Assembly (NCBI GenBank): GCA_963707505.1
Contig: CAVPQB010000003.1
Span: 160,001 to 224,000 of the forward strand
Length of the DNA: 64,000 nucleotides
Direction: 5' to 3'
DNA from: an uncultured Gemmatimonadales bacterium
GTDB lineage: Bacteria; Gemmatimonadota; Gemmatimonadetes; Gemmatimonadales; Gemmatimonadaceae
The notes beneath the pieces are model-generated. The model was not told the origin of the DNA. It saw only the letters and a list, made by a program, of their open reading frames with translations, and made no database searches. Every line of letters begins with the position of its first letter. Within the stretch, counting starts at the first letter, position 1. Of the stretch, positions 56,642-64,000 are shown piece by piece. The position numbers and the translations under genes are program-made.

Positions 56642-56646
56642 GCTGT

Positions 56647-58902
56647 TCAGGTCTTGCCGTAGAAGCGTTGAAGTTGACGCTCAAGCGCACTCCACGCTCC
56701 ACTCATGCGCCTGGCGGGGGGAAGGTCGCGTAGAAGCTCACGGCCGTATCTCTTGGTGATTACGCGCGGATCGGCAATAATGATGGCGCCGCGGTCGGTG
56801 CCCGTGCGGATCAGCCGTCCGAAGCCCTGCTTGAGACGCAGTGACGCATGCGGCAGCATGTACTCGCCGAAGGCGTCACCGCCGCGTGCGGTAATCGCCT
56901 CACACTGCGCCGCCGTCACCGGCTCCGAGGGAACCCTGAACGGCAGTCGCGCGATTACGAGCGCGCGCAGTGCGTCGCCCGGCACATCGACACCTTCCCA
57001 GTACGACGACGTGCCAAGCAGTATCGCGTTGCCGGAATTGCGGAAGCGCTGCAGCAACGCATCACGCCCATCCTCTCCGTGAACGAGAAGAGTGAACTCA
57101 TCCGCCAGATCGCTTCTCCGCAGTGATTCCGCTGCGGCGCGGACGTCGCGATGGCTCGTGAACAGCACGAACATTCCGCCACCCGATGCGCGCGCTACGT
57201 CCGCGATGATGCGCACGACAGCGTTGAAGTGACGCGCCGCATCTTCGTTCGGTGCGGGAACGTCGGTCGGAACGATGAGCAACGCCTGAGACTGGTAGTC
57301 GAACGGCGATGCGAATGCCGCGGTCACCGGTGTGATCGTGCTGCCGTCAAGTCCGAAACGCCGCGCGACGAATGCGAAATCGCCGTCGGTGCCGAGCGTG
57401 GCGCTCGTCACCACTGCGGTCTTCACGCGTGTGAAGAGATCGTCGCGCAGAATGGGGGCGAGATCGAGCGGTACCGCCGTCACCGCGATGTTGCCTTCCC
57501 GTCCCTTGACCTCGAGCCAGCGCACCATCGGCTCGACCGTGGCCGGTGGACGCAGCGCGAGCAGCAATCCGTCTGCTGACGCATCGAGTCTGCGCGCGAC
57601 CGCGCGCAGCTCATTGACGAGCATCACCAGCGTATCGTCGCGCCGATCACCGCCCTGCAACCGATCGCTGACGAGAGTGAGACTCTCTCCCAGCACGCGC
57701 AGCTCGCGCAACAGATCCGTGAGCGCGATGTGGAGGCCGCCCTTCCACACGGGGTGTTGCGTGAAATCTTCGCTCATCCGCATCACCGGTGCCGCGTCGT
57801 TCTGAAGTACGGCGAGCAGTAGATCAAATACCAGATCGCTCTTCTCGCGCGACGCGCGCACGGCAGGTACGATGCGCTGCGTCACGACGTCGAGACTTGC
57901 GGTGCCGAGCAGATCGCGCGACGCCGAAAGGCGCTCGACGAGCGTTGTTACGAGTCCACGTCCGCGACGGTCCAATCTGTTGAAGAGTCGTTGCAATGTG
58001 CGCCGGGACGTCGTGACGCCAAGGTGCGCGGACGCAGCGTCTTCCAGGTGATGCCCTTCGTCTATCACCAGTCGCGTGTACGATGGAATCACTGCAGCGT
58101 CTTCCCAGTTGCCGGCTGCGCGTCGTACCGCGACGTCCGACATCAACAGATGATGATTCACCACTACGACGTCAGCCTGCGCAGCTTCACGGCGCGCCTT
58201 GAACAGAAAGCAGTCCTGAAAATGCGGGCACGCATTGCGTGTGCACAGATCCGGCTCCGCTGCAACTTCGTCCCACACCTCGCCGCGTGGCGGGGTTGCG
58301 AGATCGCTCAGCGATCCATCTTCCGTCGTCTCGCTCCACACGCGAATCTCTTCCAACGCCTCGCTCGCGTCATCGCCGACCAGACTCGGCCCGAGCAACG
58401 TTGCCTGCGCGAGACGCAGCTTGCAGAGATAGTTGCGCCAGCCCTTGAGCAGGGCGAATCGTACATTCTGCTCCGATGCGAGTGCATCGCGCAGAAACGG
58501 CAGATCCTTGCGGACGAGCTGCTCCTGCAGATTGATCGTGTTGGTAGAGACGACAGTACGCTCTCCGTTCGCCGCGGCCCAGCGGAGCGCAGGGATCAGA
58601 TATCCCAGCGATTTTCCAACCCCGGTTCCCGCTTCCAGCAAACCGACGCCGCCCGTGTTGTAGAGCCCGACGACCGCCTCCGCCATCGCACGCTGAGTCG
58701 GGCGGTCCTCGAATCGTTGAGTGAACCGCTGCATCGCGCGCGCGACGGGCCCGTGTGGACCGAGATCGGCGGACACCAACGACGGATCCAGCACGCGAAG
58801 CTCACGCGTGTTGGCGGTCGTGGTAACCGGGATTTCCGATTCGGCGTATTCGTCCAGCACCATTCTCGTCGCCTCGGCGACGAGACTCAGCGGGGCGATC
58901 AT
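56647..58902 (-). CDS. dinG: DinG/YoaA-family Fe-S helicase
   Basis: EAGTGVGKS, NYLC...CTRNAC.....C, DEGH, SAT, WEGVD, QGFGRLIR. Confidence 0.92.
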   Translation of the reverse strand: MIAPLSLVAEATRMVLDEYAESEIPVTTTANTRELRVLDPSLVSADLGPHGPVARAMQRFTQRFEDRPTQRAMAEAVVGLYNTGGVGLLEAGTGVGKSLGYLIPALRWAAANGERTVVSTNTINLQEQLVRKDLPFLRDALASEQNVRFALLKGWRNYLCKLRLAQATLLGPSLVGDDASEALEEIRVWSETTEDGSLSDLATPPRGEVWDEVAAEPDLCTRNACPHFQDCFLFKARREAAQADVVVVNHHLLMSDVAVRRAAGNWEDAAVIPSYTRLVIDEGHHLEDAASAHLGVTTSRRTLQRLFNRLDRRGRGLVTTLVERLSASRDLLGTASLDVVTQRIVPAVRASREKSDLVFDLLLAVLQNDAAPVMRMSEDFTQHPVWKGGLHIALTDLLRELRVLGESLTLVSDRLQGGDRRDDTLVMLVNELRAVARRLDASADGLLLALRPPATVEPMVRWLEVKGREGNIAVTAVPLDLAPILRDDLFTRVKTAVVTSATLGTDGDFAFVARRFGLDGSTITPVTAAFASPFDYQSQALLIVPTDVPAPNEDAARHFNAVVRIIADVARASGGGMFVLFTSHRDVRAAAESLRRSDLADEFTLLVHGEDGRDALLQRFRNSGNAILLGTSSYWEGVDVPGDALRALVIARLPFRVPSEPVTAAQCEAITARGGDAFGEYMLPHASLRLKQGFGRLIRTGTDRGAIIIADPRVITKRYGRELLRDLPPARRMSGAWSALERQLQRFYGKT

Positions 58903-58943
58903 CGGTCTTTTTTCGGGTTCAGAGCCACCCTGGGAACTTAATA

Positions 58944-59018
58944 CACCTGACGAATCATCCGACCGGCCGTTTGCTGCGGCGTTGCGCCAGCAATCCGGCC
59001 AGATGATTCCGTCAGGTG
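58944..59018 (-). other. 75-nt extended hairpin, candidate structured RNA element
   Basis: About 32 bp in five helices, with two G-U pairs only on the minus strand. Confidence 0.6.
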
Positions 59019-59021
59019 ATC

Positions 59022-59879
59022 CTAACCAGCCGGCGTGGAATCCGGCGGAGAATGCGCCAGCTTGTACGCGACGTTTCTGGGTACTCCAAGCTCGCCTGTG
59101 AGCCGCTCGATAATGTCGCGCGACGACGCTCCTTCAGAGCGCATCCGCGAGACCGTATCCCGCGCCTCGACCTCCGTTGGAGCGCGCTCCGCGGCACCGG
59201 CGATCACGAGCACGATCTCGCCCTTGATCCCCTCCCCCATGGCCTCGCTGAGTGACGCAATGGTTCCGCGGCGCACTTCCTCGAACCGCTTTGTGAGCTC
59301 ACGTGCGAGAGCCGCCGCTCGGTCGCCGCAACCCGTCTCTACCAGATCCAGCAGCGTAGCTGCGATACGCTGCGGCGATTCGTACAGAATCGTAGTGAAC
59401 GGAGAGCGCAGTATCGTGCGCAGCATGGCCTCGCGCTCTCCACCCTTGCGCGGAAGGAATCCCAGGAAGGTGAACTGTTCAGCCGAGATACCGGACGCAA
59501 CGAGCGCGGACAGCAGCGCGGATGCGCCGGGAATGGGTATGACACGCAAGTCCGCTGCAAGTGCGGCCGCGACAAGCCGCGCGCCGGGATCGGACAGCAG
59601 GGGCGTGCCGGCGTCGGAGATGAGAGCTATCGACTCACCTTCGACCATGCGCTTGACGAGGCGCGGCGCTTCACGCGCTTCGTTGTGCTCATGGTAAGCG
59701 GTCATCGGCGTGTTGACGCCAAGGTGGTTCATCAACGTGCGCGAGTGTCGCGTGTCCTCCGCGACCACGACGCTGACCGACTTGAGCACTTCGATCGCGC
59801 GCAGTGTCATGTCACCAAGATTCCCGATGGGAGTGGCGACGATGTAGAGCGAGCCCTGGGACGCAGAAGGGGCGCTCAT
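59022..59879 (-). CDS. rsmI: 16S rRNA (cytidine1402-2'-O)-methyltransferase
   Basis: ATPIGNL, AEDTR, SDAGTPLLSDPG, YESP, RELTK. Confidence 0.97.
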   Translation of the reverse strand: MSAPSASQGSLYIVATPIGNLGDMTLRAIEVLKSVSVVVAEDTRHSRTLMNHLGVNTPMTAYHEHNEAREAPRLVKRMVEGESIALISDAGTPLLSDPGARLVAAALAADLRVIPIPGASALLSALVASGISAEQFTFLGFLPRKGGEREAMLRTILRSPFTTILYESPQRIAATLLDLVETGCGDRAAALARELTKRFEEVRRGTIASLSEAMGEGIKGEIVLVIAGAAERAPTEVEARDTVSRMRSEGASSRDIIERLTGELGVPRNVAYKLAHSPPDSTPAG

Positions 59880-59939
59880 CCAATTACCACGACAAAACCG
59901 CGGTCAAATTGAACGAGCGCCCCTGGGACTGTACGACGG

Positions 59940-59970
59940 CACAGTTGCAACGCGAGTGCGTTGCGCTGTG
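59940..59970 (-). terminator. Hairpin immediately after trxA stop
   Basis: CACAG..GCAACGC-GAGT-GCGTTGC.CTGTG; no U-tract. Confidence 0.4.
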
Positions 59971-59971
59971 A

Positions 59972-60298
59972 TTACGCCGCGTGCTGCTGGAACTTCGCCG
60001 CGAGCTGAGCCTTGGGAACCGCACCCAGCACCTGATCGACGACCTTGCCGTTCTTGAAGAAGAGAATCAAGGGAATCGAGCGAACGCCGAAGCGCTGCGC
60101 GAGGCTCTGATTCTGATCCACATCGACTTTTGCCACCTTTGCCTTGCCAGCGTACTCACTGGCCAGCTCCTCGAGAACCGGGCCGACCATGCGGCACGGG
60201 CCACACCACGGAGCCCAGAAATCCACCACTGCGAGGCCGTCGTGCTTCTCGATCTCGCTCGAGAAGGTGGCGTCCGTAAGCTCCACTGAATTCGACAT
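59972..60298 (-). CDS. trxA: Thioredoxin
   Basis: DFWAPWCGPC, VRSIP. Confidence 0.98.
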   Translation of the reverse strand: MSNSVELTDATFSSEIEKHDGLAVVDFWAPWCGPCRMVGPVLEELASEYAGKAKVAKVDVDQNQSLAQRFGVRSIPLILFFKNGKVVDQVLGAVPKAQLAAKFQQHAA

Positions 60299-60384
60299 CT
60301 TATCTTTCTCCGCGGCAACCAGGCCGCTTATCGTGAGTGCAAAGTGCGTTCACGTGCTCACCTTCTAATCTAATCGCACAAGCA

Positions 60385-60810
60385 ATGCCCGACCCCGACG
60401 CCTCAGCCCCGAAATCCGGGCGGACCGCCCACATAGCACACGTTGGAATCGCGGTGGAATCGCTGTCGGCCATTCTGCCCTTTTTCCGCGATGTGTTGCA
60501 GATGCCGGAGGTGCCCCTGGCCGATTCGGACGGGGCGCGCATAGCGGCAGTGGAGAGCGGCGAGTCGCTCATCGAGTTTCTGGAGCCGGCTGCCCCCGAC
60601 ACCCCGATCGGCAAGTACCTGGCGCGCCGCGGCCCGGGGATACATCACATTTGTGTTGCCGTACCAGATATTCACATTGCCTTGGAGCGGTGCCGAGCAG
60701 CCGGGATCCGGATTATCGACGCAACGCCGCGGCGCGGCGCCGAGGGCAAGCTGATCGCCTTTTTGCACCCATCTTCGACAGGTGGAGTGCTGGTGGAGTT
60801 ATCGGAATAA
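60385..60810 (+). CDS. mce: Methylmalonyl-CoA epimerase
   Basis: HVGIAV, IEFLEP, GPGIHHI, GAEG..IAFLHP..TGGVLVEL. Confidence 0.9.
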   Translation: MPDPDASAPKSGRTAHIAHVGIAVESLSAILPFFRDVLQMPEVPLADSDGARIAAVESGESLIEFLEPAAPDTPIGKYLARRGPGIHHICVAVPDIHIALERCRAAGIRIIDATPRRGAEGKLIAFLHPSSTGGVLVELSE

Positions 60811-60888
60811 CGGACCTCTAGGGCGCCGATTTATCCGCGCCCGGCTCCCCTTACGCACTATGGGAACACGATGTGCCGACGGGAGTCG

Positions 60889-61356
60889 CTACATGTTTCC
60901 AGGGGAAGGCGGCGCCATCCCACAGAAATCCTTGACCGCTGCGATATCCAGATTCTCGACGTACCAACGCCCGTTCGGTCCGAGCACTGTGTAGACCGTT
61001 GGCGTCCGCGTCGTGCCGTCGCGCTGCAGCTCGACGCGCACCATGCGGCGCACTTCAGACGTTGGACTCTCGCCAAGAATCCGGAACGAGTTGGAATTGA
61101 AGTAGCACTGCAGGATCACCTCGCGCTTCTCCAGCTGCGCACGATCCATGTTGTCGCGTGCCGGCCCCTTCGACGTACCCCAGACCAGCGACATCGCCTG
61201 GAGATCCTGCGCGTGAACCGCGGCGAAGAAGCGTTCCACCGCCGCCGTGGATGTTTTGGCGCCGGGCGAATTGTCGACCGTGGACGTCGATGGCGGCGCC
61301 GCGGTATGACACGCGAGGGCTCCCACCACCATAAATGCAAGCAGTAACTTCTTCAT
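60889..61356 (-). CDS. Hypothetical lipoprotein (NTF2/DUF4878-like)
   Basis: MKKLLL...ALAC lipobox; [16 protein letters not shown]. Confidence 0.8.
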   Translation of the reverse strand: MKKLLLAFMVVGALACHTAAPPSTSTVDNSPGAKTSTAAVERFFAAVHAQDLQAMSLVWGTSKGPARDNMDRAQLEKREVILQCYFNSNSFRILGESPTSEVRRMVRVELQRDGTTRTPTVYTVLGPNGRWYVENLDIAAVKDFCGMAPPSPGNM

Positions 61357-61383
61357 TGGGAAGAAGTTATACTCCGGCCGAAT

Positions 61384-62109
61384 ATGCGAGCAAGCTACCA
61401 GCGCCTTTATGTGAACATCGACCACGTCGCGACGCTCAGGCAGGCGCGGCGCGGATACGAGCCTGACCCCGTCGAAGCCGCCCTGGTCTGCGAGGAAGTC
61501 GGCGTGGACGGGATCACCGCTCACCTCAGGGAGGATCGCCGCCATATCCAGGACGCCGACGTCGGAGTCCTGCGGGCCGCCATCCGGACTTATTTCAACC
61601 TCGAGCTCGCGTGCACCGACGAGATGGTGGCAATTGCGATCGCCAGCCGTCCGGATCAGGTAACCCTCGTCCCGGAGCGACGAGAGGAGGTGACCACAGA
61701 GGGAGGACTGGACGTCGTGAAGCACGCGACGCGTGTCGAGCGCGCGGTTTCCGCGCTGCGGGAGGCGGGTATCCGGACAAGTCTGTTCATCGGCCCGGAC
61801 CAGGCCGCCGTTCGCATGTCGAAGCAGGTCCGCGCCGACGCGATCGAGCTTCACACCGGCGACTTCGCCAACCACCCAGGTGATCCGTTACCGCTCGCCG
61901 CATTGCGCGAGGCCGCGAGGCTCGCTGCCGAGCTCGAGCTTGCAGTACACGCGGGCCACGGCCTCACTGCGCGAAACCTCGGTCCTGTCGCCGAGATTCC
62001 CGAGATAGAGGAGCTCAACATCGGCCATTCGATAATCAGCCGCGCGGTGTTCATCGGGCTCCCGGCTGCTGTCGGTGAAATTCGGACCGCGATGGATTCT
62101 GTTCGTTGA
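61384..62109 (+). CDS. pdxJ: Pyridoxine 5'-phosphate synthase
   Basis: [43 protein letters not shown]. Confidence 0.98.
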   Translation: MRASYQRLYVNIDHVATLRQARRGYEPDPVEAALVCEEVGVDGITAHLREDRRHIQDADVGVLRAAIRTYFNLELACTDEMVAIAIASRPDQVTLVPERREEVTTEGGLDVVKHATRVERAVSALREAGIRTSLFIGPDQAAVRMSKQVRADAIELHTGDFANHPGDPLPLAALREAARLAAELELAVHAGHGLTARNLGPVAEIPEIEELNIGHSIISRAVFIGLPAAVGEIRTAMDSVR

Positions 62110-63125
62110 AGAAACACCTCCGCGCGCTGCTCGGTGTCGCCATCAGCGCGGTGCTGTTGTGGTGGGTGTTGCGCGAAGTGAGTCTTGCGACTGTCATCCA
62201 CGAGCTGTCGCAGTCGAATCCGTGGCTGTTCGCGATCGCAGTCGTGTGCGCGACGCTGATCTTTCCGCTGCGCGCGCGACGCTGGCGTACGATTCTGGAT
62301 CCGATATACCCCAAGCTTCCGTTCGGTCCGCTCTGGCGCGCGACTGCGATCGGAATGATGGTGAACAATGTTGTTCCCGCGCGCGCCGGCGAGGTTGCGC
62401 GCGCGTACGTGCTCACGCGGGAGACACCGGTGCCGTTCTCGACGTCGATTGCATCGCTCGCTGTCGATCGCATCTTCGACGCGATAGTTCTGTTGCTGCT
62501 CGCGTTTCTCTCGGTACTGGATCCACGCTTTCCGGCACACGTTCAGGTGGGCGGACAGTCGATCGTGCGATGGGCGCTGGCCGGCGCGGTGCTGGTCGGC
62601 GTTGCGATACTGGTGCTGTATGCGCTGGTATTTTTCCCCGCACAGCTGATTCGTTTGTTCGAGTTGTTTGCGCGACGACTCTCGCCAAAAATGGAAGAGC
62701 GCGGCAAGGCTGCGCTCGTCACCTTCAGTCATGGACTGAGCGTGCTGCGCAGTCCGACGCACTTCGCGGCGGTACTGGGATGGACTATCGCGCACTGGCT
62801 GATGAACGCGCTCGGATGGTGGATTGCGATGCGCGCGGTGGGAATCCACGCGCCATTCTCAGCGGCGCTGCTGCTGCAGGCGATGGTCGCACTCGGCGTC
62901 GCGGTTCCGGCCGCGCCGGGATATTTCGGCGTGTTCGAGAAAGTTGCAGTGATCGGCCTCGCGATTTACGCGGTAGATCCATCGCTCGCGACAAGCTGGG
63001 CGCTCGGCTTCCATATCCTGTCATTCATTCCGATCACGGTCTTCGGCGCAGTGTACGCAGCGCGGCTGAATCTCAATCTCAAGGACCTGCAATCGCAGCA
63101 GGACGCAGAACAGAGTACTGCGTGA
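62106..63125 (+). CDS. Lysylphosphatidylglycerol-synthase-TM / flippase-like membrane protein
   Basis: [34 protein letters not shown]; ~8 TMs. Confidence 0.88.
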   Translation: MKKHLRALLGVAISAVLLWWVLREVSLATVIHELSQSNPWLFAIAVVCATLIFPLRARRWRTILDPIYPKLPFGPLWRATAIGMMVNNVVPARAGEVARAYVLTRETPVPFSTSIASLAVDRIFDAIVLLLLAFLSVLDPRFPAHVQVGGQSIVRWALAGAVLVGVAILVLYALVFFPAQLIRLFELFARRLSPKMEERGKAALVTFSHGLSVLRSPTHFAAVLGWTIAHWLMNALGWWIAMRAVGIHAPFSAALLLQAMVALGVAVPAAPGYFGVFEKVAVIGLAIYAVDPSLATSWALGFHILSFIPITVFGAVYAARLNLNLKDLQSQQDAEQSTA

Positions 63126-63132
63126 GCAGCAA

Positions 63133-64000
63133 GTGACGACCAGCGTTTCGGTGCGTGCGCAGGCGAAGCTGAATCTCTGGCTTCACGTCATGGCGCGCGA
63201 AGACAATGGATACCACACGATCGAAACGCTGTTTCATAAAATCGAACTGGCGGACGATGTAGCGTGACGCTCGCGCCGGTGGGCGATCGCGTTATCTCGT
63301 GCAGTGAAGACGTCGGGCAGGCGCATGAGAATCTCGCGTTTCGCGCCGCGCAGTTGTAATGCGGACCGCATCGACTGGCCCACCGGATTTCATATCGAGA
63401 TCACCAAGCGGATCCCGTCGGGCGGCGGTCTCGGAGGCGGAAGCGCCGACGCTGCAGCCACGTTGCTGGCGCTGAACGCGATGTGTCCGCGCAAGCGTAC
63501 CACGGCCGAACTCGCTGAGCTGGGCTCCCGGCTCGGTGCAGATGTCCCGTTCCTGGTAACGGGTGCGCTCAGCGCGCTCGCCTGGGGGCGCGGCGACCGG
63601 ATGCTGGCGCTGCCAGCACTTCCCCAACGTCACGTCGCGCTGGTGATCCCTTCGTTTGGAATCAGCACCGCAGAGGCATACGCCTTGCCGCTGTTGGGGG
63701 ATCGCCGGCCGGGACAGATCACGATGAGCGATCTGACGGACTGGACCGCGGTCGCCCGGCTGGCGCACAACGACCTGTCGGCATCGCCGGTGGCGCTGCG
63801 CCATCCGCTGCTACGCGAGGTCATCGCAACGCTCCGGGCCGCCGGAGCGTCGATCGCCGAGATGACCGGTTCCGGGTCGGTGCTCTTCGGAATATTCGAC
63901 TCGCGAGCCGGATGTGGAGGCTCTGGAGCGGGCTACCGGGTGCCGGGTGGTGCTCACCCGGACCGCGCTCAACGTTGAAGGCGTGCGCCGCTTAGACTAG
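63133..64000 (+). CDS. ispE: 4-diphosphocytidyl-2-C-methyl-D-erythritol kinase (three frameshifts near 63261, 63359, 63904)
   Basis: AKLNLWL, GYHTIET, ENLA, KRIPSGGGLGGGSADAA, GADVPF, MTGSGS; repaired frame ends at TAG 63998-64000. Confidence 0.93.

Noticed and set aside
58944..59018. SRP, 6S or RNase P RNA
   Set aside because: Lacks the SRP domain IV CAGG-GNRA-AGCA arrangement and is too short for 6S or RNase P
63265..63267. Selenocysteine or readthrough TGA in ispE
   Set aside because: Homology continues in a different frame, so it is an indel and not readthrough

Overview
High-GC, densely coding core-chromosome window. Gene style (Ser/Thr kinase-TolB/TPR receptor, Minf_1886 family, DUF2723, CCA-less tRNAs) suggests a Gemmatimonadota-like bacterium; this is inference, not a database result. 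Contents: tilS-hpt-ftsH-folP; a TolC/MFP/RND efflux operon; cyclase-HAD-gnd-zwf-Slt; apaG; hypothetical-fahA-SET-M13 peptidase; two CAT-anticodon tRNAs followed by a compositionally distinct kinase islet; a long minus-strand run (thrS, thiolase, CPBP, hbd, acyl-CoA DH, Leu DH, glyA, Minf_1886, nnr, thiL, plsC, eno, ftsB); BON-valS-Ig lipoprotein-gmhB-purN-purH-DUF2723; two tRNA-Ser flanking hldD and a CPBP gene; gltX-lexA; dinG, rsmI, trxA, mce, pdxJ, a flippase-like gene and ispE. I found no CRISPR, transposase, integrase or rRNA. CGTC-type REP repeats occur at four loci. About 11 single-base indels, all beyond 34.9 kb, break housekeeping genes and are most likely long-read errors. Best lead: exported proteins are strongly enriched in D-[S/T]-hydrophobic motifs (the Bacteroidota O-glycosylation sequon), and the window encodes a TMEM260-like DUF2723 GT-C protein, suggesting a general protein O-glycosylation system. 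Other leads: an fahA-coupled unknown enzyme, a SET methyltransferase with histone-like tails, a TonB-like protein with an unknown C-domain, a 75-nt strand-specific RNA hairpin, and a terminator embedded in folP.
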